From Acidimicrobiaceae bacterium (GTDB lineage Bacteria > Actinomycetota > Acidimicrobiia > Acidimicrobiales > RAAP-2), in the NCBI GenBank assembly GCA_947456245.1, contig CANGPS010000007.1:12462-76461 (forward strand): a DNA stretch of 64,000 nt, written 5' to 3'. Numbering within the stretch: position 1 is the first letter of the stretch; each line of letters starts with the position of its first letter. This document shows, one piece after another, positions 33,426 to 45,868 of this stretch. A program made the translations under genes and the position numbers. The notes beneath the pieces were generated by a model. The model was not told where the DNA came from. It did no database searches and saw only the letters and a list, made by a program, of their open reading frames with translations.

Positions 33426-33895
33426 GAGGCCTCCTCGAGCAGGGCGACGGCGTGGGCGGCGATCCCCTCGGCCCGCCCGATGGCGCCGAGGTGATCGGTG
33501 GTGCTGGCGGTGACCGAGACCGGTGCGCCGACGGAGGTGGTCAGCCGCTCGGCCATCTCGTCGAGCCGGTCCGCCAGACGAGGGCGCTGGGCGAGGATCG
33601 TCACCGAGGCCGAGAGGCACCAGAAGCCCGCCGCGGCGATGTGCTCGACGGTCTGGGCGAGCAGCACCATCGAGTCGACGCCAGCCAGGGACGGGTCGTC
33701 GACGCCGAACTGCCGGCCGAGGTCGCCGATCCCCGCTCCGCTGAGCAGTGCGTCGATCAGGGCGTGGACGGCAGCATCGGCGTCGGAGTGGCCGGCGAGG
33801 CCCGGCGAGCCGTCGATGCGGACGCCGCCGAGCAGGAGGGCCCGCGTCGGGTCGTCGCTGAAGGCGTGGGTGTCGATGCCCTGCCCGATCCTCAC
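33422..33895 (-). CDS. ispF: 2-C-methyl-D-erythritol 2,4-cyclodiphosphate synthase
   Basis: 157 aa. MRIGQGIDTHAF...GHSDADAAVHALIDAL, the IspF signature. Confidence 0.95.
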   Translation of the reverse strand: MRIGQGIDTHAFSDDPTRALLLGGVRIDGSPGLAGHSDADAAVHALIDALLSGAGIGDLGRQFGVDDPSLAGVDSMVLLAQTVEHIAAAGFWCLSASVTILAQRPRLADRLDEMAERLTTSVGAPVSVTASTTDHLGAIGRAEGIAAHAVALLEEAS

Positions 33896-34542
33896 GAGCG
33901 GTCCTCGACGATCCGGCTGGCGGCGAGCAGGTCGCCGGGAGACGTGATCTTGAGGTTCTCCTCCTCGCCGGCGACCACGACCACCGCACCGCCGAGGGCC
34001 TCGACGAGGGCCCCGTCGTCCGTCGCCTCAGGGGCGCCGGCGTGAGCAGCGACGAGCGCGGTGCGCCGGAAGGCCTGCGGCGTCTGGACGGCCACGAGCT
34101 CGGTGCGGTCGAGCGTCTCGATGGCGCGGCGCCGACCGTCGACTTCGACCACGCGCTTGATGGTGTCGGTCACGGCGAGGCCGGGGATGGCCCCGTCGAT
34201 GCCCTCGTCGGAGAGCTCGGCCACGACGGACAGGAACAGCCGATCGGTGGCCAGGGGTCGGGCGGCGTCGTGCACCACGACCACCTCAGCCCCAGGGTCG
34301 ACGGCGACGAGGCCGGCACGAACAGAGCCCGAGCGGGTCGATCCACCGACCACCACGCGGTCGGCCCCATGGTCCGACATCTCCGCATCGGCCGGCACGA
34401 CCAGGATTACCTCGTCGGCCACCGCCCGACAGGCGGCGACGGAGCGTGCGGCGACGGACTCTCCCACGAGGGTCATGAACTGCTTGTGGCCGCCGAAGCG
34501 ACGGCCAGAGCCGCCGGCCACCACGATGGCCGAGCAGCGCAT
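33892..34542 (-). CDS. ispD: 2-C-methyl-D-erythritol 4-phosphate cytidylyltransferase
   Basis: 216 aa. AIVVAGGSGRRFG...KQF; VVHDAARP; VQTPQAF motifs. Confidence 0.92.
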   Translation of the reverse strand: MRCSAIVVAGGSGRRFGGHKQFMTLVGESVAARSVAACRAVADEVILVVPADAEMSDHGADRVVVGGSTRSGSVRAGLVAVDPGAEVVVVHDAARPLATDRLFLSVVAELSDEGIDGAIPGLAVTDTIKRVVEVDGRRRAIETLDRTELVAVQTPQAFRRTALVAAHAGAPEATDDGALVEALGGAVVVVAGEEENLKITSPGDLLAASRIVEDRS

Positions 34543-34543
34543 C

Positions 34544-35023
34544 CTACGGAAGGGCGTCGCTGAGACGCTGCTCTGCCGTCTCCTCGTCCACGTTCAGGGC
34601 GAAGGTGAGCTCCGAGACGAGGATCTGGCGGGCACGCGAGAGCATGCGCTTCTCCCCGGCCGAGAGACCCTTGTCCTTGTCGCGGATCGAGAGGTTCCGG
34701 ACCACCTCGGCCACCTGGTAGATGTCGCCGGAGCGCAGCTTCTCGGAGTGGTTCTTGTAGCGGCGAGACCAGTTGGTCGGCATGCGCGCCTCTTTCTTGC
34801 GAAGGACGGCGAACACCTCCTCGACCTCCTCGTCGTTGATCACCTCGCGCAGGCCGACGCCCTCGGTGTTGTCCGCCGGGACCATGAGCGTCAGGTCGCC
34901 GTAGGCGAGCTTGAGGATCAGGTACTCCTTCTTCTCACCGAAGGCGACGCGCTTCTCCCGCTTCTCGATGATGGCGGCCCCGTGGTGGGGGTACACAACC
35001 TTGTCGCCGACCTTGAATCCCAT
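34544..35023 (-). CDS. carD: CarD-family RNA-polymerase-binding transcriptional regulator
   Basis: 159 aa. [25 protein letters not shown]...YLILKLA, the CarD_CdnL_TRCF N-domain. Confidence 0.92.
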   Translation of the reverse strand: MGFKVGDKVVYPHHGAAIIEKREKRVAFGEKKEYLILKLAYGDLTLMVPADNTEGVGLREVINDEEVEEVFAVLRKKEARMPTNWSRRYKNHSEKLRSGDIYQVAEVVRNLSIRDKDKGLSAGEKRMLSRARQILVSELTFALNVDEETAEQRLSDALP

Positions 35024-35118
35024 ATCTCTCCCTCATCGGACCGCCCAGAGGGCCGCGTCGATGCGGTCAGGGCGTCTCGGATCCTGACGACGCATGGTGC
35101 TCATCAGGGCCTCTCATT

Positions 35119-36501
35119 CTACCAGCCCTCATCCCGATCGCCCTCTCGGGCCGTGCGAGCCGTCGGAGCGGTGTCCGGAGCGAGGTCCCGCAGCACCCGG
35201 AGCAGCACGGCGACGGTGGCGACCTCGACCACCGTGCACCCCTCCGGCGCCGCCACCCCCGGCGGCACGACCATCCGGGTCAGCCCGATCCTGGCCGCCT
35301 CGCGCAGCCGACGATCCATGGCCTCGACCGGCCGGAAGGCCCCGGTGAGGCCGACCTCGCCGAGGCACACGACCGTCGGGTCCAGGGCCACGCCCATGTG
35401 GGCAGAGAGGATCGCCGCCATCACCGCCATGTCGACGGCGGGCTCGGTTGCCTTGACCGCGCCGGAGCACGCCACGAACACGTCGGAGCGGCCGAGTCCG
35501 AGCTCGCCGTGGGCGTCGAGCACGGCGGTGAGCTGCCGGAGCCGTGTCGCCGGGATGCCCTGGGTGACCCGGGCCGGAGAGCCGGCTGCGGGGGTCACGA
35601 GCGCCTGGATCTCGACGGCGAGCGGGTGCGCCCCCTCCGCCAGGATCGAGGCCACCGAGCCGGGCAGCGGCTGACCCCGCTCGGCGAGGAGGGCGGCGGA
35701 GGGGTCGGCCACCGAGACGAGGCCCTGCTCCTCCATCGTCAGGATCCCGACCTCGCCGGCTCGGCCGTAGCGGTGCTTGGTCGTGGTCAGGACCCGGCGC
35801 TGATGGTGACGATCGCCTTCGATGTGCAGGACGGTGTCGACGAGGTGCTCGAGCGAGCGTGGCCCGGCGAGGTCGCCGTCCTTGGTGACGTGGCCGACCA
35901 GGATCAGCATCGTCCCCGACCGTCGGGCGAACTGCGAGAGCGCCTCGGCGGCCGTGCGCACCTGGGTCACGCTGCCCGGCGACCCGCTCTGGGTCGGGGT
36001 GTGGAGGGTGGAGACCGAGTCGATGACCGCCACCGAGGGCGAGCGGAGCTCGAGGGCCTGCTCGACGTCGGGCAGGTGCGAGGTGGCGAGCAGCGTGACC
36101 CCGTGGCGCTCGGCGCCGAGACGTCGGGCACGCGCCCCCACCTGGGTGACCGACTCCTCGGCTGAGACGATCAGGATCTCGCCCTCGTCGATGGCGTCGC
36201 GCAGCCGGGCGGCGATCTGGAGGCAGAGGGTGGACTTGCCGATCCCGGGCTCCCCGATCACCAGGGTGACGGACCCCTCGGTCACCCCACCGCCGAGGAC
36301 CCGGTCGAGCTCGGAGATCCCCGTCGCCACCATCCGGACCTCGGCCACGTCGCCGAGTGGCTGGAGCGAGATCGAGCGTGCCTCGGGCGTCCCCGCCTCC
36401 TCGATGGTGTTCCACTCGGCACAGGTCGGGCACTGGCCCGTCCAGCGCACGGTCGGAGCGCCGCACGCGCTGCAGCGATAGGGCGTCGTCTTCGGGCTCA
36501 C
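35119..36501 (-). CDS. radA: DNA repair protein RadA (Sms)
   Basis: GTG at 36501 (VSPKTTPYRCSACGAPTVRWTGQCPTCAEWNT) is preferred over the track's ATG at 36549. Walker A GEPGIGKST; KHRYG (KNRFG-like); Lon-like C-terminal domain. Confidence 0.9.
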   Translation of the reverse strand: MSPKTTPYRCSACGAPTVRWTGQCPTCAEWNTIEEAGTPEARSISLQPLGDVAEVRMVATGISELDRVLGGGVTEGSVTLVIGEPGIGKSTLCLQIAARLRDAIDEGEILIVSAEESVTQVGARARRLGAERHGVTLLATSHLPDVEQALELRSPSVAVIDSVSTLHTPTQSGSPGSVTQVRTAAEALSQFARRSGTMLILVGHVTKDGDLAGPRSLEHLVDTVLHIEGDRHHQRRVLTTTKHRYGRAGEVGILTMEEQGLVSVADPSAALLAERGQPLPGSVASILAEGAHPLAVEIQALVTPAAGSPARVTQGIPATRLRQLTAVLDAHGELGLGRSDVFVACSGAVKATEPAVDMAVMAAILSAHMGVALDPTVVCLGEVGLTGAFRPVEAMDRRLREAARIGLTRMVVPPGVAAPEGCTVVEVATVAVLLRVLRDLAPDTAPTARTAREGDRDEGW

Positions 36502-36615
36502 AGGACCGACCCTAGGGCGCGGCTGCGACGACGAGGCTGGGCTCGCCACCTGAGGGTGCGCGGAGCGACCATGGGTCCTTCTTCACGATCGTCCGAGGAC
36601 GACGATGGTCCGGAG

Positions 36616-39120
<2,505 letters not shown>

Positions 39121-39166
39121 CTGCCCTCCTCGGCGATTGGGCTCGTGATCCGAGTGTACCGGTCGA

Positions 39167-40243
39167 GTGTCACCCATGAGTCGGCAGGCCGCCGTGGGCG
39201 GCTCCGGCGAGACCGTGGCATCTCGGGTGATCTCGTGGGCTCGGCGGGCGCCTATCGTGGATCGGGTGAACCCCCTTGCCACGCTGAGCATGCCGCTCCT
39301 CGACGAGGACATGCGGCGATTCGAGCCGCTCCTGGCCGAGTCCATCATCATCGGCGACCCGTTCCTCGACGAGGTGACCACCCACCTCCTCGCGGCTGGC
39401 GGCAAGCGCCTCCGGCCGCTGCTGGCCATCGCCTCGGCCACCGGTGGCGACCACGAGGGCACCCAGGACGACCTGCTCGGCGGCGTCTCGCTCGAGCTCA
39501 TGCACCTCGCCTCGCTCTACCACGACGACGTCATGGACGAGGCGACGATGCGCCGGAACGTCGAGAGCGTGAACTCACGGTTCGGCAACCTCGTGGCCAT
39601 CGTGGCCGGGGACTTCCTCATGGCCCGCTCGGCCGCCATCGCGGCCGACCTCGGCACGCCGGTGGCCAGCCTCCTCGCCCGCACTCTGGCCCTGCTCACC
39701 CGGGGGCAGGTCTCCGAGGTGCGCACGGCCTTCGACGTCAACCGCACGATGGACGACTACTACGAGGCCATCACGGGCAAGACCGCCGCCCTCATGGCCT
39801 CGTCCTGCCGGGTCGGCGCACTGACCTCGGGGGCCAGCGAGGAGCGCACCGAGGCACTCGACGCCTACGGCGAGGCGATCGGCCTCGTCTTCCAGCTCCG
39901 AGACGACATCCTCGACATCACCGCCGTCGACGGCCAGCTGGGCAAGCCCGCCGGCCAGGACCTGGCCGAGGGCATCTACACCCACCCGGTGCTCGTGGCG
40001 CTGGCCGACCCGACCATCGGGCCACGGCTGGGCGAGATCCTCGGAGCACCCCTCGACGACGACCAGCGCGAGGCGGCACGGCTCCTCGTGGCCGAGAGCG
40101 ACGGCATCGCAGCCTCGATGGCGGCGGCGCTCGGCCACGTCGACGAGGCGGTCTCCGCCACCGATGGGTTCGGCAGCGCAACCCTCAAGCAGGGCTTCTC
40201 CGACCTCGCCCGCTCGCTGCTCGTCGGCCTCCCCGAGGTCTGA
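39167..40243 (+). CDS. polyprenyl diphosphate synthase (trans-IPPS, HT type)
   Basis: FARM LYHDDVMDE and SARM FQLRDDILD. The start is uncertain (39167, GTG 39266 or ATG 39290). Confidence 0.85.
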   Translation: MSPMSRQAAVGGSGETVASRVISWARRAPIVDRVNPLATLSMPLLDEDMRRFEPLLAESIIIGDPFLDEVTTHLLAAGGKRLRPLLAIASATGGDHEGTQDDLLGGVSLELMHLASLYHDDVMDEATMRRNVESVNSRFGNLVAIVAGDFLMARSAAIAADLGTPVASLLARTLALLTRGQVSEVRTAFDVNRTMDDYYEAITGKTAALMASSCRVGALTSGASEERTEALDAYGEAIGLVFQLRDDILDITAVDGQLGKPAGQDLAEGIYTHPVLVALADPTIGPRLGEILGAPLDDDQREAARLLVAESDGIAASMAAALGHVDEAVSATDGFGSATLKQGFSDLARSLLVGLPEV

Positions 40244-40277
40244 GACCCGACGCCGTCGGTTCCCGGCGGGAGGTCGG

Positions 40278-41690
40278 CTAGCCCTGGGGAAGCGGCTTGA
40301 GCGTCGGGAAGGCGATCACCTCGCGAATGTTGGCCGCGTCGACGAGCAGCATGGCCAGCCGGTCGATGCCGATCCCCACGCCAGCGGTCGGGGGCAGTCC
40401 GTGCTCGAGGGCCCGCAGGTACTCCTCGTCGACGAGCATCGCCTCGTCGTCACCCGCCTCGTGCGCCGCCGCCTGCTCCTCGAAGCGGGCCCGCTGGTCA
40501 TCGGGGTCCGTGAGCTCGGAGAACCCGTTGATGAGCTCCCGGCCGACCACGAAGGTCTCGAAGCGCTCGACGAGGTCTGGGTCGTCACGATGCCGTCGGG
40601 CCAGCGGCGAGGTCTCAGCCGGGTGGTCGGTGACGAAGGTGGGCTGGACGATGCTCGCCTCGGCCGTCGCCTCGAAGAGCTCAGCGAGCAGCTTGCCCGG
40701 TCCCCACGAGTCGTCCGGAGCCTTCCCGCCCGCCGCAATGAGCAGCTCGGCGAGCACAGCTCGGTCGGTGTGGACGTCCACGGGGCGGCCCACCGCCTCC
40801 GACGTGAGCTCGGCCATGGTCGCGCGGCGCCACGGAGCACCCATCTCGATGGTCTGCCCCTGGTAGCTCAGCGTGGTCGTCCCGCAGACGTCCATGACGA
40901 TGCCGGCGACGAGCTCTTCGACGAGCTCCATCAGCCCGAGGTAGTCCATGTAGGCGATGTAGGCCTCGACGGTCGTGAACTCCGGGTTGTGCCTCGTCGA
41001 GATGCCCTCGTTGCGGAAGAGCCGACCGATCTCGAAGACCCGCTCGAACCCGCCCACGACCAGGCGCTTGAGGTAGAGCTCGGGAGCGATGCGCAGATAG
41101 AAGGTGGCATCGAGCGCGTTGTGGTGGGTCGTGAAGGGTCGGGCCGCAGCACCGCCGGCGATCGGGTTCAGGATCGGGGTCTCGACCTCGATGAATCCCT
41201 GGCCCCAGAGGCGCTCGCGCAGGTTCCGGATCAGCGCCGAGCGGGCGAGGAGCCGCCCTCGGCTCTCCTCGTTGGCCCAGAGGTCCACCTCGCGCTGGCG
41301 ATAGCGGGTCTCGACGTCGGACACCCCGTGCCACTTGTCGCCGAAGCTCCGGCGCGCCTCGGCGAGGAGCTGCCACGAGGTGACCTTGACGCTGAGCTCG
41401 CCACGCTTGGTGCGCACCACCTCGCCGGTGGCGCCGACCCAGTCGCCGAGCGACAGGTGGGTGAACGCCTCGAAGTCCTCGGTGACCTTGGCCAGGCAGA
41501 ACAGCTGGACCGATCCCGACGAGTCGCGCAGCTCGGCGAAGGCCAGCTTGCCCTGCGGTCGGCTCAGCATGATCCGGCCGGCAACCGCCACGATCGCCCC
41601 GGACTCCTCCCCCGGCTCGAGCGACGACCACTGCTCGGCGACCGCCGAGGCAGCCGTGTCCCAGGGGTAGCTGTAGGGGATCTCGCTCAC
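40278..41690 (-). CDS. lysS: lysine--tRNA ligase (class II)
   Basis: GTG at 41690 (VSEIPYSYPW...), a GTGA overlap with the coaX stop. OB-fold region VAGRIM..R..GKLAFAELRD; class II motifs FRNEGIS and GIGIDRL. Confidence 0.92.
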   Translation of the reverse strand: MSEIPYSYPWDTAASAVAEQWSSLEPGEESGAIVAVAGRIMLSRPQGKLAFAELRDSSGSVQLFCLAKVTEDFEAFTHLSLGDWVGATGEVVRTKRGELSVKVTSWQLLAEARRSFGDKWHGVSDVETRYRQREVDLWANEESRGRLLARSALIRNLRERLWGQGFIEVETPILNPIAGGAAARPFTTHHNALDATFYLRIAPELYLKRLVVGGFERVFEIGRLFRNEGISTRHNPEFTTVEAYIAYMDYLGLMELVEELVAGIVMDVCGTTTLSYQGQTIEMGAPWRRATMAELTSEAVGRPVDVHTDRAVLAELLIAAGGKAPDDSWGPGKLLAELFEATAEASIVQPTFVTDHPAETSPLARRHRDDPDLVERFETFVVGRELINGFSELTDPDDQRARFEEQAAAHEAGDDEAMLVDEEYLRALEHGLPPTAGVGIGIDRLAMLLVDAANIREVIAFPTLKPLPQG

Positions 41691-42532
41691 CGCTCTGCTC
41701 CTGTGTTGCGCTCGAAGACGATCCGCAGGCCGTGCAGCGTCAACCACGGCTCCACGTGGTCGATGGCCGAGGAGAACGGAGCGATCAGGTCGGCGAGGCC
41801 TCCCGTCGCCACGACGGTCGACTCGCCGAGGACCTCCATGAACCGGGCGCACATGCCGTCGACCTGGGCGGCGAATCCGTAGAGGACGCCTGACTGGATC
41901 GACTCGACGGTGGAGCGACCGATGACGCTGCGGGGCTCGACGAGCTCGACCGAGCGCAGGGCGGCGGCGTGGCCGTAGAGCGCCTCGAGGGAGATCGCCA
42001 CCCCCGGCGCGATGGCGCCGCCGAGGTACTCGCCCTTGTCGCTGATGGCCTCGAAGGTGGTGGCGGTCCCCATGTCGATGATGATCGTGGGTCCGCCGTA
42101 GAGGTCGAACGCCGCCACGGCATCGGCGATGCGGTCGGGGCCCACCTCCTTGGGGTTGTCGTAGAGGATGGACATCCCCGAGCGCACGCCGGGTCCGAGG
42201 ACGACCACCGGGATCTCGGCGAACCAGCGCTCGGCCATGTTGCGGAGCCGGCCGGTGACCGCCGGCGAGGACGAGCTCACCACGATGCCGGTCACCGTCG
42301 CCGCGATGTCGAGTCCCTCGAGGTCGAGCAGCTGGGTCAGCAGCACCGCGTGCTCGTCTGGGGTCCGGGTGGGGACCGTCGACAGCCGCCAGTGGTGGGT
42401 CAGCCCACGCGCCGGCGTGGTGGCCTCGGCCAGGTTGTACCCCGACCCCTCCTCGACGCCGAGGGCGTCGTGGTCCATCCGGAAGAGCCCGATCACGGTC
42501 TCGGTGTTCCCGACGTCGATGGCCAGCAGCAT
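41687..42532 (-). CDS. coaX: type III pantothenate kinase
   Basis: Trimmed to MLLAIDVGNTETVIGLF... (281 aa). ...IIIDMGTATTFE..., the typical CoaX ASKHA fold motifs. Confidence 0.9.
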   Translation of the reverse strand: MLLAIDVGNTETVIGLFRMDHDALGVEEGSGYNLAEATTPARGLTHHWRLSTVPTRTPDEHAVLLTQLLDLEGLDIAATVTGIVVSSSSPAVTGRLRNMAERWFAEIPVVVLGPGVRSGMSILYDNPKEVGPDRIADAVAAFDLYGGPTIIIDMGTATTFEAISDKGEYLGGAIAPGVAISLEALYGHAAALRSVELVEPRSVIGRSTVESIQSGVLYGFAAQVDGMCARFMEVLGESTVVATGGLADLIAPFSSAIDHVEPWLTLHGLRIVFERNTGAER

Positions 42533-43401
42533 CAGGTTCCCTCCGGGGTCGCGTCGCGGACGAGGTCGAGGCCGAGGTCGAGGCGGGGCGACGAGTGCGT
42601 CAGGGCGCCCACGCTCAGCAGGTCGACGCCGGCCGCGGCGTAGGCCGGGGCGGTGCCGACCGTGATCCCGCCCGAGACCTCGACGAGGATGCCCGGGGCG
42701 CCGGTCCGGGCCAGCTCGGCCGCGGCGCCGGCCTCCGCCGGGGTCATGTTGTCGAGCAGCACGGCGGTCGCACCGGCGGCGGCGGCCTCGACCACCTGGT
42801 CGACGGTGTCGCACTCGACCTCCACGAACCGGCCCGGCCAGGCCGCCCTGGCCCGCGCCACCGCTTCGGTGATCGAAATCCCGCCCAGGTGGTTGTCCTT
42901 GATCAAGATGGCGTCGGAGAGGTTGGCGCGGTGGTTGCGGCCGCCCCCGGCGCGCACCGCCGCCTTCTCGAGGGTCCGCAGCCCGGGCGTGGTCTTGCGC
43001 GTGTCGAGCACCGTGGTGCGGTCGGAGACCTCCGCCACGGCGTCGACCACCGAGCGGGTCGCGGTGGCCACGCCGGAGAGGTGCCCAAGGAAGTTCAGCG
43101 CGGTGCGCTCAGCCGTGAGGATGGGCGCCAGGCGGCCCGACACCCGCAGCAGCACGTCGCCCGGCTCGAGGCGGGTGCCATCGGGCGCGACGACCGAGAC
43201 GGTGATCGAGGGGTCGACCTGGGCGAAGGCCTCGATGGCGCAGGCCTGGCCGGCCACCACGCCGGCCTCGCGGGTCGCCACGACCAGGGTCCCGGTGGCG
43301 TCTGGGTCGAGCAGCGACGCGGTCAGGTCGCCGAGCGGCTCGAGGTCCTCGGCTAGGGCGCGGGCCACGGCCTCGGCGACGGTGCGGCGGGGGGCCTCCA
43401 T
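42532..43401 (-). CDS. nadC: nicotinate-nucleotide diphosphorylase (carboxylating)
   Basis: 289 aa. ...ERTALNFLGHLSGVAT...TRKTTPGLR...KDNH...EVE...NM, QPRTase motifs. Confidence 0.92.
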   Translation of the reverse strand: MEAPRRTVAEAVARALAEDLEPLGDLTASLLDPDATGTLVVATREAGVVAGQACAIEAFAQVDPSITVSVVAPDGTRLEPGDVLLRVSGRLAPILTAERTALNFLGHLSGVATATRSVVDAVAEVSDRTTVLDTRKTTPGLRTLEKAAVRAGGGRNHRANLSDAILIKDNHLGGISITEAVARARAAWPGRFVEVECDTVDQVVEAAAAGATAVLLDNMTPAEAGAAAELARTGAPGILVEVSGGITVGTAPAYAAAGVDLLSVGALTHSSPRLDLGLDLVRDATPEGT

Positions 43402-44999
43402 CAGCGGACTCCCCCGAGGACGATGCGTCGCTGCCAGGCCTCGTCGCGCTCGGGATACTCAGCGCGCACGTGGCTGCCGCGGCTCTCGGTCCGGTCGGTC
43501 GCCGCGGCCAGGAGCGCGTTGGCCACGGTGGCGAGGTTCCGCAGCTCTCCGGCCGGTGCGTCGACGGGGGCACCCGGGTCGATCCCGAGGGCGTCGAGCG
43601 CCCGTGCGGCGGCCTCGAGGCTCTCGGCGCTGCGCACCACACCGGCCCCGCTGGTCATGGCGGACTGCAGTGCCACGCGCCTGGCCGGGGTGTCGAGCAT
43701 CCCTAGATCCTCGCGCACCGGACCCGGGCCGCCGGGCTCCGGCATCGAGGTGGCGGCGGTCACGGGAAGCCCGCCCTCGGCACCCGTGAGGGGTCGCACG
43801 ACCCCGGTCGGCCCGGCGCTGCGACGCCCCGACTCGACAGCCTCGGCCACGCGGGCACCGAAGACCATCCCCTCAAGCAGCGAGTTCGAGGCGAGGCGGT
43901 TGGCCCCGTGGACGCCGGTGTCCGCCACCTCGCCCGCCGCCCAGAGCCCGTCGAGCAGCGTGGCGCCGTCGACGTCGGTCAGCACCCCGCCGGCGAGGTG
44001 GTGCGCCGCCGGGGCGATGGGGAGCCACTCGGTGGCGGGGTCGAGGCCCACTCGGGCGAGCTCGGCGGCAATGGTCGGGAACCGCTCGGAGAAGCGCTCG
44101 AGGCCGGTGGCGTCGAGCCAGCAGTGGTCCACCCCGTCGGCGGCCATGGCCGTGACCATGGCCCGGGACACCACGTCGCGCGAGGCGAGCTCGTCCACGA
44201 AGCGCTGGCCGCTGATGTCGCGCAGGACGGCCCCGTGGCCGCGCAGGGCCTCCGAGAGCAGCGGTCGCGGCATCGCCGGATGGTGGAGCGCCGTCGGATG
44301 GAACTGGACGAACTCGACGTCAGCGCAGGGGACCCCGGCGCGCAGCGCCATCGCCAGGCCGTCGCCGGTGGCCTCGGGAGGGTTGGTCGTGACCGAGTAG
44401 AGCTGGCCGGCGCCGCCCGACGCCAGCACCACGTGGCGGGCCAGGAGCTGGTCGGGCGCGCCATCGGGTCCGAGGACCGACACGCCAGCCACCCCGTCGT
44501 CCCCCACCAGCAGGTCGACGGCGAAGCAGCGCTCGGCCACGATCGTGGCCGACTCCCAGGTCGCCGCCACCAGCGCGCGCTCCACCTCGGCCCCCGTCGC
44601 GGCACCGCCCGCGTGGAGGATCCGGGCCCGGGAGTGCCCGCCCTCGCGTGCGAGCGAGAGCGATCCTGAGGCCTCGCGGTCGAACACCGCTCCGAGGCTG
44701 ATCAGCTCCTCGACCCGACGAGGGCCCTCGTCGACGAGGATGCGGACCGCATCGACGTCGCAGAGCCCCGCGCCGGCGGCGAGCGTGTCGGCGAGGTGCA
44801 GGTCGGTCGAGTCCTCGTCGGCGCCGAACACGGCGGCGACCCCTCCCTGCGCCCAGCGCGTGGCCGAGACCGAGAGCTCGGCCTTGGTCACGATCCCGAC
44901 GGACATCCCGGCGTCGGCGAGCCGGACGGCGACCGAGAGGCCGGCCACGCCGCTGCCGACGACGAGCACGTCGAGCGGTGCTGAGGCCAGGCGGTTCAC
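43401..44999 (-). CDS. nadB: L-aspartate oxidase
   Basis: 532 aa. FAD dinucleotide fold DVLVVGSGVAGLS; ...QFHPTAL...; RLASNSLLEG. Confidence 0.92.
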   Translation of the reverse strand: MNRLASAPLDVLVVGSGVAGLSVAVRLADAGMSVGIVTKAELSVSATRWAQGGVAAVFGADEDSTDLHLADTLAAGAGLCDVDAVRILVDEGPRRVEELISLGAVFDREASGSLSLAREGGHSRARILHAGGAATGAEVERALVAATWESATIVAERCFAVDLLVGDDGVAGVSVLGPDGAPDQLLARHVVLASGGAGQLYSVTTNPPEATGDGLAMALRAGVPCADVEFVQFHPTALHHPAMPRPLLSEALRGHGAVLRDISGQRFVDELASRDVVSRAMVTAMAADGVDHCWLDATGLERFSERFPTIAAELARVGLDPATEWLPIAPAAHHLAGGVLTDVDGATLLDGLWAAGEVADTGVHGANRLASNSLLEGMVFGARVAEAVESGRRSAGPTGVVRPLTGAEGGLPVTAATSMPEPGGPGPVREDLGMLDTPARRVALQSAMTSGAGVVRSAESLEAAARALDALGIDPGAPVDAPAGELRNLATVANALLAAATDRTESRGSHVRAEYPERDEAWQRRIVLGGVR

Positions 45000-45865
45000 C
45001 GGACGGGCCGGACGGTGGCGGCGAGGTTGTCGATGAGGCGGACCCCATCGATGGAGGCGGCGATCAGGAGGCGCACCTGCTCACCGGGCGCTAGCTGCGC
45101 GACGGGCGCGAGGGTCTCAGGGTCCACCGCAGCAGCGTAGGAGAGCGACGCCGAGGGCTCGGTCCGGATGGTCGCCTCCATCGCCGCGCACATCCCCGGC
45201 CCGTCGGCGCCGGCCTCCGCCGACGCCGCACCGGCGAGGAGGGCGGCATGGAGCACCGGGGCGACTGACCGACCAGCCGGCGTGAGGCGGACGTTGCGGC
45301 TCGACATGGCGAGGCCGTCGGGCTCGCGCATCGTCGGGCAGCCCACCACCTCGACCGGTTGCCCGAGGTCGAGCACCATCTGGCGGACCACGCAGAGCTG
45401 CTGGAAGTCCTTCTCCCCGAAGTAGGCCGCGCAGGGGCCGGCGAGGTTGAACAGCAGGGTGACGACGGTGGCCATGCCGTCGAAGTGGCCGGGCCGGTCG
45501 GCGCCCTCGAAGCCCTCCGAGGCGCCCGTGACGTGCACCGAGGTGCACGACGGAGCCGGATGGCGGGGGTACATCTCGAGCACGTCAGGCGCGAAGAGCA
45601 CGTCGCAGCCGTGCGCCTCGAGCAGGGCGGCGTCGGCCTCGAGCGTCCGGGGGTAGGCGTCGAGGTCAGCCACGTCGCCGAACTGCAGCGGGTTCACGAA
45701 CACCGAGGTCGTCACGAGGTCGCAGTCGGCACGGGCCGCGTCGACCAGGGAGGCGTGGCCGGCGTGGAGGGCTCCCATGGTGGGCACGAAGCCCACCCGC
45801 CGACCGGCTCGTCGAGCCTCGTCGAGCACGGACCGCCAGCCGGCGGCCGTCGTGATGACCTCCAT
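44996..45865 (-). CDS. panC: pantoate--beta-alanine ligase
   Basis: 289 aa. FVPTMGALHAGHASLV (HIGH-like), SVFVNPLQF, FGEKDFQQ. Confidence 0.93.
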   Translation of the reverse strand: MEVITTAAGWRSVLDEARRAGRRVGFVPTMGALHAGHASLVDAARADCDLVTTSVFVNPLQFGDVADLDAYPRTLEADAALLEAHGCDVLFAPDVLEMYPRHPAPSCTSVHVTGASEGFEGADRPGHFDGMATVVTLLFNLAGPCAAYFGEKDFQQLCVVRQMVLDLGQPVEVVGCPTMREPDGLAMSSRNVRLTPAGRSVAPVLHAALLAGAASAEAGADGPGMCAAMEATIRTEPSASLSYAAAVDPETLAPVAQLAPGEQVRLLIAASIDGVRLIDNLAATVRPVR

Positions 45866-45868
45866 GCC